Below are positions 38,650 to 51,740 of a DNA stretch of 64,000 nucleotides, in pieces. The notes under the pieces are model-generated. The model was not told where the DNA came from. It made no database searches and saw only the letters and a program-made list of their open reading frames with translations. Position 1 is the first letter of the stretch, and each line of letters starts with the position of its first letter. Origin of the DNA: Eukaryota sp. GEM-RC1 (lineage: Eukaryota); NCBI GenBank assembly GCA_040285855.1, contig JAUFOQ010000002.1, positions 3,224,001 through 3,288,000 on the forward strand, written 5' to 3'. A program made the position numbers and the translations under genes.

Positions 38650-40460
38650 GCTTGACCGTAACTGAGAAGTCATTTGTTTACTTCTGCTCATTTTGGTGGT
38701 ATTGGTTTTACCAAATCTTTAATTCTTTGCAAATCTACTTTTTTAGGCGGTGGAAAAAATTCAATTTTGAATTTGTTAATCGATTTCCGAATGATATTTC
38801 ACTTATTAACCCCACTTCATGTAAATATATATCTGACATAAACGAAGCGTTGATTAGATTACCTTTTGATGTTTGGTCTCAGTGTTTCCCAGAATCTGTG
38901 TCTGAAATACCTGAAAGATGTTTGACTAATCTTCAGTTTTGTCTGAAAAAATTGCAACAGAAACTGACAAATATTTTTGAAAGCTTGGATTATAACGTTC
39001 GACGAAAAAAATCCCGCTTTTGCAAATTTCTTAACGGACGTTTCAAATGGCTTTGCTTCATGACCGCTTACTCAAATCCCTCAAGTTTACGGTCTTTTTC
39101 GTGATGAAAACTCTTGGTCAATAAACATGCGTTTACGGTCATTTCTTTGGCCTGATAACCTTCCACATAATTTGAAATGCCAGTCTGGGCAATCTGTAAC
39201 ACCTACACATTTATTGAATTGTAACCGTTTTGTTTCTTTTAGAAATAAGGTCCACGATTCTGTAAGAGATCAAATATATTGTATGTGTAAATCTTATAGA
39301 GTAGTTTCTTTTTTAGAACCAGTTCTGGCTGGTTTGTTTGATGATACGGCCATTGACAAATCGGTTGGAAATAGCCGTGGATCATTCATTATTGCTGATG
39401 TGATGTCTATCGATGTTAATGATTCAGACAAAAACTTGATAAATCTATTGCTTTATTGATTGGTGAAAAATTTAAAAATGGAAAAATATTGTGCTAAATT
39501 GAAATTATTGAATTCGGTTTCACACTCGAATTACTTGTTGTACCCTTTTGTATTTTCACTGTACGGTTCTTTAGGTGAATCTGCAACATCATTACTTGAA
39601 ATCTGTGTGAAGACTATAAAAGAAAAAACATCTAGGACATTTGATCTTAGTTTTCCAAAAAATCGAACTGTCTTTGCTATCTTTAAAGGAATGTTGACTT
39701 CCGTATCTAGTGCTTTATTATCTCTTGGCAGACATTATGAGGATAAGGTTGGTGAGAATTTCCAGATAGGCAATCTGGACTTTGAGGATATTGATTATTA
39801 GACGTATGTACACTGTTGGTAAATTGTGTTCTGAGTATGGTAAAGTTTTCAATGAAAATTTTTGGTTGAGTAGGTTACCGTTTGCGTTGTTTCGTTCAAT
39901 GCACAGATATTTTAATTCAATTTTAGGTAAGTTGTTCGGTGATGGACAGAAGGATCATAGTTTAGATACTTTAGTTAGTGTCTGTTAGTTATTAACTTCT
40001 GCAAATGCATTTATTTCACTGACTGATCATAAACCCCGTTTTTCACTGTAGTGTTGTTGTCAATAGAAAATTTGGTTTAAAAATTTTCCAGAAAATAACA
40101 AGCAAAGAAAGTATGCTGATCCACTCGAAGACCTGAAATACATTGTCCATGTTGAATATTATATTCACTTATCCCATTTGCGATTTCTATGTATGGTCGT
40201 TTGGGTAAATTAGCCACGAAGTTCTTAGATGATTTTGCAAAGGTTGTTGCTCGTAGAACTAACAAAATATTTGACCACTCTTTTGGGCATAACAAAATTG
40301 TCTTTACAATTCTAAAAGCAGTTCCCACAAAGATTTCGCTTTATTATCCGTCAGTGTGTATTATGAAGACAATGCTTCAACAAGGTTCGATCCTAAGGAA
40401 TCTTGCTTTGATGATATTGAGTTTTAGACTATTTATTTATATCTGGCATAAAAACGTTTT
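38650..40460 (+). mobile_element. Cluster of RLE non-LTR retrotransposon fragments with a nested insertion at 39817-40043
   Basis: LKCQ..THLLNC, HDSVRD, FLEP, SRG..DV and PFVFSLYG motifs. The nested copy is flanked by CACTGT duplications. Confidence 0.85.
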
Positions 40461-40474
40461 GTTTAAAAAAACAA

Positions 40475-41595
40475 AAGAGAAGGAATCCAAAAAGAACATG
40501 TACAATCAAGTACTTAAATGGTATCAAAAGGCTGCAGATTTGGATTATCTGAGTAATTCAATTGAGTTTACTTAAAATTCTTATATAAGGGTTAATAAAC
40601 ATATTATTACAGTAACTTGCCCTACTTACATTCAAAAGGAATTGTCCATCATGATATTAAACCTCAGAATGTCATTATAGTAAACTCACAGGTAAAGTTT
40701 ACTGACTTTTGATTCTTGGACAACGTATAACTACACTTCAACTCTCCAAGTAACATCAAAACTTGTCACTTCACTATGTCGTCTTATTCTTATTCTTCTT
40801 TCTCGGGTCACACCAACGTCTATGACATCTTCTATCTCGCTACTTACTTCCAGTGCGATCATCTTGAGGCTACTTACGGAGATTCTTCCTTCAAAAATGA
40901 CCAATTGGGACTGGTGCAGTAAGTTCTTGACAAAGTGCGTTGAACAAGAAGACTTGAGAACAAAGTATACTCACCCAGAAGCTTTCAAGAAGATCTATGG
41001 TCCAGCTTTCGACGTTTAATCGAAAGCTGTATAGTCTGGGAATACTACTCACTGGGATAGAGAAAGCTTGTTACAATCACCATTTGAGCTCTGACATTGC
41101 CACGTGTCAGTTTTTTGGCAAGGTTGTGTAAAAGACAGATTTGTCACCAACAAATAGAAATCTATTTGTACATGAAATGAAGAAATTTCAATGTACAAAA
41201 TTAGAAACCAAACTAAAAACTAAGAAATAAATATTTCTAAAAATGTGAAATTCTAAGTGGCGAAAATTCCTTCCTCCACTGAATAGAATTACACAAATAT
41301 TGTTAGAAAAGTAACTCAAACAGTAATCAAAAAAGTCAAATTGAAAGAGACCATTGACCAAGGAGATGCTCTCAAAGGGAAAGTGACACGTGGATGATGA
41401 CGCGATAAAATAAGAGCGGAGAAAAGTAACGATGGTAAAACAGAGTAAGCTGTAATGGTTAGTACCACTGGGAAGAAGCTAAAGACTAGTGATGACGTGA
41501 TGACGTGATGCAAGAACTGGATGAAGGTAAGTAAAAGGATCTCCACCTTTAAAAAGCATGGGGAGTTGTGCTCATGAAGGGTATTTCTTAAGAGA
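40475..41595 (+). pseudogene. Duplicated segment with kinase pseudogene (copy 2)
   Basis: Colinear with 17380-18265, with about 200 bp extra at about 40760-40960. Confidence 0.8.
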
Positions 41596-41686
41596 TATTT
41601 ATCTATTTAAAGAAGAGAAGATGGTTCTGGACCAACAGTGGAACAGAACCTCCAGTAAACAATGTAGAATGAAACTTACATCCCCA

Positions 41687-42152
41687 ATGTCTTCCTCATG
41701 TTCCGAACATCTATGTGAATGTACTTCCTTCCTCATGTCGAACCTAGATCCTTCCATTTGTTGTAATTGCAGTCATCGATTCGACTCTCACACACCAAAA
41801 ACGAACTGTGTCAATTTCCATCCAGTGACTCTATTTGGTGAATTAGCCAAAGCTAAGACCATAACTCTCTTTGTCAGTGCTCCCCATTCAACCTCTGTAG
41901 ATCTAAGGGGTTCCTTTGATTCCTGGAGGAACTCTTATCCATTGACAAAAGGTACTGATGGCAAATTCTTTTGCTTTATTGATCTCGCCGAGGGTCGCCA
42001 TCAGTTTGTTTCTTTATTTGGAACTTTTTGCTCATCTTAGATTCAAGTTTGTTCTTGATGGTGTTAACTGGACGTGCTCTAGTGAATTCCCGACCATGAA
42101 AGATCCGTGTGGAAACGAGAACAACTTTGTTGATGTGTCTTTTAGTGAGTAA
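41687..42152 (+). CDS. CBM48 (AMPK-beta-type glycogen-binding) protein with a Cys-rich N-terminus; one intron
   Basis: VDLRGSFDSW..L.EGRHQ|FKFVLDGVNW..DPCGNENN, with an intron at 42004-42040. Confidence 0.85.
42004..42040 (+). other. 37-nt spliceosomal intron
   Basis: GTTTG...GCTCATCTTAG. Removal restores HQFKF. Confidence 0.9.
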
Positions 42153-42424
42153 ATGTAAATATTATGTTGTAAATACTGTTTGTAATTTTTTCTCGGAAAA
42201 TAGAGTTTTCTTTTGCCACTAGTATCAAATCTTCCTCGTGTTTACAGATTCCTTGGCTAGATTAACATAGTTGAGAAAACGAGGTTCTACAGATCTTACA
42301 AAATGATTTGCGTACCAAGACCTGTTTTTGACGTCATCTTAATGATATAATTACAAAATAACAAGATTAGTCTTTGTGCTTTTTTAAGTCAATGGACATT
42401 TATCTTAATTTCATTATTTTTCAC

Positions 42425-45400
42425 AAACGCCTTTTATTAAACAAACGTAATATACTAAAGAACTACAATTGAATATCATTCAAACAACACCCGTCGCTAT
42501 CAAATCTTACAACAGCTATGCTCATAAAAGGAACTCCCAGCTAATAAAGCTTTGGAGATGATTAGGGGAATTGTTTTAAAAACAATAAAAACGATACGAT
42601 TCAACTATTAAGTATGATTAAAGCGTTTGTTCATCCTATTTTTAACGATATTTCCGAAATCGTTTAAAAAATTCAATGCACTTTTGCTAAACGTCCGTAA
42701 ATTGATACATCAAAATTATGATATGTATTTTTGTACCCTACATCATCAAACTGTTTTTCAAAAGGGCATAATTCAAATTCAACATGTTTTAGAGCCATTA
42801 ATGGTTTTTTGTATTTATGATGTTTGGCTTGTTCAGAAATGTCTAAAGGAGAAGTTTCAGACGAAGCGTTCTTTAAAGATGTTTTTTTACAAACATCCAC
42901 TGACACTACATCAACAACATACAATTTGTCTACAGAAGAAGGGACACCAACATCTGCTCTCCGTTTACCAAAAAAATTGGTTCTGTTTTTCATCATTACA
43001 ATAATTTAATTCTAAAAATTTTTAGAAGTGGTTAAACAAATGATTCAATATTGGAAGATTTACACACAGCATGTGCATGTATTTGGTCTCTTACTACATC
43101 ATGCATACAAGTTCGATAGGTTTTATAGCTGTTACAACTTAACAAATGAAAAAAGGTCTTTGGCCAAATAGTTATCTATAAGGGTCTCTCATAATTGATT
43201 GTTTGATTGGACTTCCAATTATTGCCATCCAATAATTGCCATAATTGATTGGTTTCATTTACAGAATTGGCAAATAATTGCCAATTAATAGAGTCCGTAT
43301 TGAGAGAATTACTAAACTCGTTCTTGTTGTAAAACAGAATTAATTTTGTTCAAAATATCAACAACAATAAATCAGTCCTTCTATACAATAATCAAACTTC
43401 TATGCCGCAACACTTGACTCTGTATGGTTCTGCTACCCCTCATTTGACAATAGGCGATGACAGACAACGTCTCTGTTTAACATTCTTCACTGTTCTGCCT
43501 GTAATAAACTCAAAAGGGCAGTCCGTACACATGAATACGTCTGTATTCTTGAAATTGCTAACATAGATTTTTGGGACGTACATACAATAAATTTATACAT
43601 ACTAATTCAGAAACAATTATAGTTGTAAAATTGAACCTCTTCTGAAACATTATAGTGACAATAACGTGTTGGATTCTCGGCGTGGTGACTTAATTGCTCC
43701 GTTCCTGGATTCATCTCAGATTGTGGCTGATTTTACTACAGTTGACCCGTTTGCAAAAGTCTACCAAGACTCCATATTGAATGATTCGAATGGTCATCTG
43801 GAAAAGGCTGAACAGCGAAAGTGTTCAAATTATGCGGATGCTTTGCAGAAGCTTAATGAAAATCTATATTCTAAGTTTTCATTTTTTCCATTTGCAATTT
43901 CAATTTGTGGTAATATTGGTCCAGCCGGTTTAAAGTTTTTCAGTGATTTTAGTCTTTTATGTCGTTCTAATGGCAAGGTGTTTAATAGCGCTGTATGGAT
44001 TAATCGAAATATGTTCGCTCTTTATAGAAGCATTCCCAATTATTTATGTTCCAGATATACGAAGTTGTATAGAAACAATTCCCGTGTTGATGTGGAGAAT
44101 TTAACTTCTTTCATTTTCTGAATTAGTATGTATTAATTTATTGTTGCAGATATACTCTTAAATGTTCTAATTTAGAAAATGAAAGAAGTTAAACACTTTA
44201 AGATATACTAAAGCGCTAGATACAGAAGTCACCATACCTTTAAAGACAGCAAACACGATTCGATTTTTCCAAAATCTAAGATCAAAAGTTCTAGAAGTTT
44301 TTTCTTGGGTTCAATGATAAATCTATTGTTTCATATATGTCAGCTGCTTCCACAGCCACTTTTTTTCCGACGGTTTTTATAGAACAAAAACACTAAAATA
44401 AACACAATACTACCGACATACTTCAGACATTCAAAATGTTTTAGAAGGTGTTTTTGGAGTTTCTTAGGACCAGAAATTGAAGAAGTGACACATCGTTCTG
44501 GTATTTCACAAATATCTTCTGGGAAACAAGTTTGCCAGAGGCCAGGTGAAATTAGCGATAATTCGGATCTCAAATTTACCAAGAAAAAACTACTTGTCGA
44601 AACAAGAAGATTTTCTTGACTTGGGTAACGTCTACAGAACTCAAAGACAAAATTCTTACCACCACCAATGAAAGTAGATTTGGTCCACCATTTAGACGAA
44701 TTGAAACCAACACCACCAAGATGAAGATGTGATTGTTCAATGCAGCAGGATCCACTGATAACAAAAATGCAAGAAAGTCAGTTCGAATTGGTAAAGCTTC
44801 CACAGGAGAGATAAGTACAGGGGGGAGAGAGCGAAGCAGATGAGTTACTTTTCCTGAATAACAAATTTTTAGCATGACGAGTTTGCTTTAATGTTGTTGA
44901 GTTCCAGTTTTTGTTCGATAAAAGATCATCAAAAATGCAACATGCATCAGGTCAAATTAAGCTACTAGTGATGCAATGGAAGAATTGTCGTTAATTCACA
45001 TGACCTTTGGCAAACTTGTTTCCGAGCTGGTATATGTGAAATGCTAGAACGATGTGTCATCGCTTTGAAATTTGCTCTTAAGAAACTCCAAAAACACCTT
45101 TTAAAACATTTTGAATGTCTGAAGTATGTCGGTAGTATGAAATGGCATCTGATGGAATCTGATATTGAATGGCCAATTACAGTACATTGTAGTTACTTTT
45201 TCTCACCATTTGTTTAATACACAGATATTTTGATTCAATTTTATGTAAGTTGTTCGGTGATGGACAGAAGAACCATAGTTTAGATACTTTAGTTAGTGTC
45301 TGTTAGTTATCAATTTCTGCAAATGCATTGATTTCACTGATTGATCATAAACCCCGTTTTTCCTTTTGAGTTGTAACCACAATTCATAACTTGCATTCTC

Positions 45401-46975
45401 AATGCTGTCAGATGTGTAAGTCCTAAATCTCTGGATGAGCCTTTATCAACTTTTTGAGAAGATATACACCAGAACTAGTACTCAATAACATTAAAGCAAC
45501 AGTCAATGCCATTAAAACTCACATAAGCTTTTTCGTCATAAAATATACTGAGAGCTAAAAGAGCTTTTGATATCATAATAGGAATTGTTGTAAATATTGT
45601 AAAAACGATACGATTCAACCAAAACATAAAATCAAATTTCTTGTTCATTCTGATTTTTTGGCAACTTTCTCAAAATCAGAGAGAAAATAGAGAGCATTTT
45701 TACCAAGTTGACCATAAATTGAAATTGCAAAAGGACATAATTTGTACTCAACATGTCTAGTATGTTTGAGAACAGTCAATGGTACATCATACTTGTTTCC
45801 CTTGTATTGTTCTGACAAATGAAGTGGAGACACTTCATTTTTAGCATCCTTAAATGCACTTTCTTGGCAAACATCCACAGTAATTACAACAACAACCGTT
45901 AGTTCATCATTGACTGATGGAACTATTACATCAGCTTTTCTTTTACCAAAAGTCTTATCAGAATCACTATTTTGTGAATTTTTGATTTCAAGAGATTTAC
46001 ATTGAAGATCATTAGGTAAATTAGAGGGCCACAAGAAACATCGAAGTATGAATGTTGCAGTTCATTGATGATCGTTCAACAAAAATCCATAAATCTGTGG
46101 AATTTGGTTGATCAAAGCAACTGAAGAACTGTCCTTCAATACGATTAAAAAATTTGAGAACGCTGGATTTTGTGATTTGGCCCCATAAATTGAAAATTGC
46201 AAAAGGACATAATTCGTACTCAACATGTCTAGTATGTTTGAGAGCAGTCAATGGTACATCATACTTGTTTCCCTTGTATTGTTCTGACAATTCAAGCGGA
46301 GACACTTCATTTTTAGCATCCTTAAATGCACGTTCTTTGCAAACATCCACAGTAAGTACAACAACAACCGTTAGTTCATCATTGATTGATGGAACTATTA
46401 CATCAGTTCTTCTTTTACCAAAAGTCTTATCAGAATCACTATTTTGTGAATTTTTGATTTCAAGAGATTTACATTGAAGATCATTAGGTAAATTAGAGGG
46501 CCACAAGAAACATCGAAGTATGAATGTTGCAGTTCATTGATGATCGTTCAACAAAAATCCATAAATCTGTGGAATTTGGTTGATCAAAGCAACTGAAGAA
46601 CTGTCCTTCAAATCGATTAAACAATTTGCGAACGCTGGATTTTTTTCTTTGGCCGATCCAAGTTTTTTTTTCTATATGTTTTTTTATGATTTTAACTCAA
46701 TATCATTAAAGCAACAATCATCGCCATTAAAACTCACATCAGCTTTTTCTTCATAAAAAACACTGAGAGCTAATAGAGCTTTTGACGTCATGATAGGAAT
46801 TGTTTTAAATATTGTAAAAACATTACGATTCAACCAAACTTTGGAATCAAATTTCTTGTTCATTCTTTTTTTGACCGCTTTCTCAAAATCACAGAGAAAA
46901 CAAAGACCGTCTCTACCAAGTCGACCATAAATTAAAATTGCAAAATGGCATAATTTGTACTCAACGTGTCCACTT
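42425..46975. mobile_element. Large cluster of RLE retrotransposon fragments on both strands, including an approximately 470-bp tandem duplication
   Basis: FGKRRADV..VDV..DVCK (42673-42996, minus), SRRGDL..DFTTVDP (43666-44121, plus), KVTHLLRSLPP (44576-44875, minus). The duplicated units are about 45716-46186 and 46187-46645. Confidence 0.85.
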
Positions 46976-47039
46976 TTTTTAACAAATCGATTTTTGACCA
47001 CTTCTGGGGACCAGTATTAAGTGACACGTATAAAAAAGA

Positions 47040-47113
47040 GTTTCCGTGGTCTAGTTGGTTAGGATTTCTCAGTTACATTGAGACGGTCTCGGGTTCGAAC
47101 CCCGACGGGAACA
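47040..47113 (+). tRNA. tRNA-Val(TAC)
   Basis: Acceptor GTTTCCG/CGGGAAC, anticodon arm TCTCA-GTTACAT-TGAGA, T arm TCGGG-TTCGAAC-CCCGA, followed by a T5 terminator. Confidence 0.92.
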
Positions 47114-47759
47114 TTTTTGTAACATGTTGCTGCATTGAATAACCTATTTTTGATTTGTCAATGATTGTTACGATATCTTCTATTTATGGCAAGACTATCA
47201 TACACTGGAGACCCAAAATAACTACATTAACGGTATTCCAATTCTTGTAAGAGTTGGTGATAGTGGATAATGCAAATGTTGGATATCACCAAAAGGAGGC
47301 AACAATGGGACAAAGAACAATACGAACGAGATTTGCCGAATTTCTTATTTTGAGAATTACACAACACCTAGATTCAAGATCAATTTTTGAAAAAACTGAG
47401 AAGCTAATTCAACCTACATCACCAAAACCGAATAATTTATCAATTTTTCATTCTAACTATTAAATAGTTGCCTATTCAGAGGTAAAAAAAGAACTTTTGA
47501 AAATTGATAACAATCCTTTTTATATTTTGATGGATTGACGAGCATAAAAGCTCAAAAACAAAAAAAGAAACAGTAGATCTCATTTACAAAACCTACTTTG
47601 GAACTATTTTAAAAATTAACCAGGTCAATGATTGGTGATCCTTAAAGATAATAATTGCGTAATAGATTTTTCAAAAATTGAATTTACCGTTTCACTGTTG
47701 AACAATAATGAAATAGCACAACCATTAACAAAAGAAACAACTGACTTCTTTTGATTTGA

Positions 47760-48585
47760 TCAGGAATCTCTGTTTCCAAAAAAGTTGTTTCCAATTATTT
47801 CTTTTTCTTTCCTTTTTTCCCTTTCTTTCCTTTTTTTCCCTTTCTTTACAGGTTTCTTCTCAACAACTTTCGGCTTTTCTACTACAGGCAGAATACACTT
47901 AGAGACGATGGTCATCTTTTTCATTAAATTTAAATTATATAAAACAGTTACAGTTTTAGGGTGGGATATTCCTAAAGAATTCTTCAGTAAACCCAATGAA
48001 TCTGTTAAAAACCTATAACCATCAAGAGTTTGACCATTCTTTAACAGTGCACAGCCTAAGTTATTAAACGTAGACGCGAGATCAACAGGTGATATACCAA
48101 GAATACGCTCCCGAATACCTTTTGCTTGAGCAAAGTTTGTCACTGCCTTTTCATAATCACAGTATATTGAATAGTACAAGTTTCCTTGAAGTGAGATCCC
48201 CAGGGCTCTGTCAGGACTCCCTACACCCAATCTTTCACTAAAATGGATGGCTCTGTCTACATAGTGATGGATGACTTTCAACTGGTCAGCTGAGAAATCA
48301 CCTATAGCAATTAGGGGAGACGGCAATTTGGAAAGCAAAGAATAGTTCGGCTTCAGGGAAAAGTTCTTCTGGACAGTAGCTCAAAGGTCTGTTGTCCTGT
48401 GAATGCTGTTCAACAATTGCATTTAGCCAAAGTGATCGAGCTGAAAGAAGAGTTTCGATTGATTCCGAGAAGCGGAGACTATTGTGATGTACACGAGCAG
48501 ATTCAAAGTAAAAAAGAAGACTTTCAGGACAAGGGGGAGGGCAGAGAACCTCAACTGTTAGAATAGGAGTGACATCGTGTGACAT
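47760..48585 (-). CDS. TPR-repeat protein (kinesin-light-chain-like repeats)
   Basis: A..IRERILG..DLASTFNNLG and LGISHPKT..VLYNL. Two ORFs join at a C-run near 48316. Confidence 0.75.
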
Positions 48586-48598
48586 TTACTTGGACTTC

Positions 48599-50440
48599 AT
48601 GCGTATCAACTTTCAGATATCTATCAATTGTACAGATGTTACTGCAAGTATTCCAGTGGTAGATTCTCTACCGTTTGTTTCTGAACTTTCAAGCAATCTT
48701 TCCTCTGATAAACAAGATCATCCATCCTCAGATAATGGTTCTGACCTTCTCCATGGATCATCTCTCTTTACTTCTTCTTGTGAAATCGCCTTTTCCCTTA
48801 ATATCTTACAACTCGTAAGTAAAACTGATGTCAAAATCCTGTTCACTCGAGATGAATCCACTGAATCATCTCTAGATCTTCCTTTGGCTTCTCTTTTCTC
48901 TCATTATCATTGTAACTTTACATCTTCCTTGCTTCTAGGTTATGAATTTCACTCTGCTGAAGTTGAACTATCCTTGAGTGACATCAGTGATGATTTGTAT
49001 TCAACCCCTTTTTAATATTTTCATTGGATTTCAATTTTGTATTCCGTAATGCTACCATATCCCTTAATTCAGGGGGAGATTCTCTTTCTAGAAGTATGCC
49101 TACCTTTTTCTCGTCCTCTTCTGTTTCCAGTTACTTGAGAACAAAAGCGATTCTAAGGTGCACACGTCTGAATTTAAATTATTTAAAAATGTACCAACAC
49201 TATTTACCATGAACAATTTTAATCAATTTGAGGAGTTTTTTCTTATTTTCATGACGGCAAACTTTTGATTCCATATAAGTTAAAACTGGAACAAAATTTA
49301 AATAGTTCAGTTTTAAATAGTTCAAAGAAGGAACCAGATGTAAAACCAAAGTCTCAAAAGCAATCGAGAAAACCAGCTGCTGCTCCAAAGAAAATTCAAA
49401 ATTCTGAGAAAATCCAAGATTCTGTGGATAATGAAATGTATTTAAGTTTTTTAAACAAACATCGGTGTACCGTGATCGACTGTTCAAGCATAATATCTCA
49501 AATTTTTAAAAAATCCGTACATTTGTCGACGGATTTCGATTTTCTTGTATTTCCTGATGCATTTGATACTTTGAAGAGGTGTGTTCAAGAAAATAATTCT
49601 CTGATAGATGCTCAAATCGTTGTTTCTGGATTTACATCTACCAATTTCCTTTCTGAAATTAGAAAACTTTCGGAAAAGATCAACAATTCTGGTTTTTTAC
49701 GTGGTTTAATAGTCTTGCCAACTAATCTTCTTAATGTAATTGAAGATTTGATCGAATTCATTAAGAAGCACAACGCTTGGGTATACAAGTCCATCAAAGA
49801 AATCAATAAGGCAAAATCAAAGGAAATCAACAATCAATATGACCAATCTACTATTGAGCTGCATCACTTAGCGGCACTTTCCTCTTTAAATTCAAATGAT
49901 TTACTAGAAATCGACAAGATAGTGACTGAATTTGGGTTTTCTCGGGGTATGTTGTATCTGAAACTTCATCTGATGGATTTTCGCTACTTTATTTTGAAGT
50001 TAACAACCTTGCTCATGATTACTTATCAAATTTAAATTTTTGGGATCAAATTTCTGATTTGAAAACTAAACACTCTGAATTATCAGTTTTATTTAACAAC
50101 GTCGTTTGGCCGAACAGATTGTTAAATTCGAGGTTTAATTTTGAAATTCTCCGTTTTGGCCAGCGGTTTTCATTTTTTACCACGGATTCGACGTTTTTCA
50201 CAGGGAATAATTCATTGGTACTGAGGTGTGGAAAATCAATCCAGCAATTTTCCACAATATTTAAATTTCATCAAGAACATCGATTGACACTATGTAAAGT
50301 CATGAACTCTTTTGATCTGTGGATAACTGATTCTCAGCTACTGGAGGTGGAAAAGTATTTGTGTCCAAATGTTTAACCACTACAACCAGCATTTTTGATT
50401 GATGACGTCGTCAAAATAAGGACTTTGGAAACAAACTAGA
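48599..50440 (+). CDS. Hypothetical protein, fragmented into several ORFs
   Basis: Consecutive same-strand ORFs (48569-49015, 49024-49212, 49265-50035, 50059-50376) with protein-like composition. No family recognised. Confidence 0.45.
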
Positions 50441-50894
50441 CTTTGAACTCATAAGTACAATAGACTATTGTATTGTAAAACCATTGTTCAACTAAATATA
50501 TTTGAAATGTAAAAATAGAGACAGTCAAATTTCTAATTTCTAATATAGTGTCACAAGATTTTGTTTTTATTTCAGAATTTTCAAACATTGTATCAAAGGT
50601 GACTGTATTCCACTGCTCCCGTATCTTTTATAAACAATGTATACTTTATTAACTTCAGGCAAGTGATAAACGTCATATTAACTGTAGTTTCATTTTCGAT
50701 AATCTTTGGTGTCAAATTTCATATCGTTCCGGCAATTACATTTGATTGTCTACACCTCTTTCAAAAATGACTCAGGGATTTACTCATGTAATTAATCCGT
50801 ATTTTTACCCCAACAAAAGTACGAGCTAGTCAGTCCAAATACTAGTAGAGGATAAAGAGTGAAAAAATAGGTCTGGGTTGATATCTTTTCCACG

Positions 50895-51503
50895 ATGTCC
50901 ATTTCTCGGAAACAGCGACGTTACCTTCAATCTGCATCTCTGCAACAACGTGCGTCACTGCCAGTCATCTTTATTAATGTATACAATCTGTCGCCAAGAT
51001 TTAATCGTGTCTTCAAGTTTCTGGGCATTCAAATACTTCATACTGGTCTTGAGATTTATGGCAATGAGTATTGCTTTGTGGGACATCCCCAAAGCTTTTC
51101 TGGAATCCTTAGTTCAGAACCAAGAATAGCTCCTTTTCCAAGTTGTCAATTTTCATATACAATCCCCCTTGGACACACAGACTTAGAACCCACTGAAGTT
51201 CTACAACTAATAGCATCATTATCTAATGACTTCGTTGGATGTTCTTACAATGTCATTTCTCGCAACTGTAATCATTTCACAAACCACCTTGCTCAGATTC
51301 TAACAGGATCATCTATTCCTGGTAGAATTAACCGGCTTGCTCGTTGTGTTTCTTATTTTGGTGGATGTTTTGATATCTCAAGGTTTTCTGCTAATTCTTT
51401 GATTGAGAGTCGATCCTCTTCTAGACCGTGTTCTTCTTGTGATACAGAACAAGAGAAGGACAAAGAATCAGTAGGACTGGACTCTATAGATGTGCAGCTG
51501 TGA
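50895..51503 (+). CDS. PPPDE/DeSI deSUMOylating-deubiquitinating peptidase
   Basis: NVYNL, HTGLEIYGNEY and YNVISRNCNHF (His-Cys dyad). Confidence 0.92.
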   Translation: MSISRKQRRYLQSASLQQRASLPVIFINVYNLSPRFNRVFKFLGIQILHTGLEIYGNEYCFVGHPQSFSGILSSEPRIAPFPSCQFSYTIPLGHTDLEPTEVLQLIASLSNDFVGCSYNVISRNCNHFTNHLAQILTGSSIPGRINRLARCVSYFGGCFDISRFSANSLIESRSSSRPCSSCDTEQEKDKESVGLDSIDVQL

Positions 51504-51740
51504 CTAGTAAACTCTCACTTTTGAAATCCAGTCTTTGATTAGATCTGTTATCTTTTATACAGTCCAAGTGGATCTTATTGGGAGATCAACTTTTGAATCA
51601 AACAGTTGTGATGTGAAACGAATGATTTTTATGATTATTGAAACTCTTGTACATTTACTTTTTTTTGAATAAAATCGGCTTTTTGAAAGATACACACACT
51701 AAAACAACTAAAACTAAATTAAATTACAATGCACTTACCA

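Noticed and set aside
46660..47113. tRNA-targeted retrotransposon insertion
   Set aside because: Fragments lie near tRNA genes but at inconsistent distances and orientations, and most copies are far from any tRNA.
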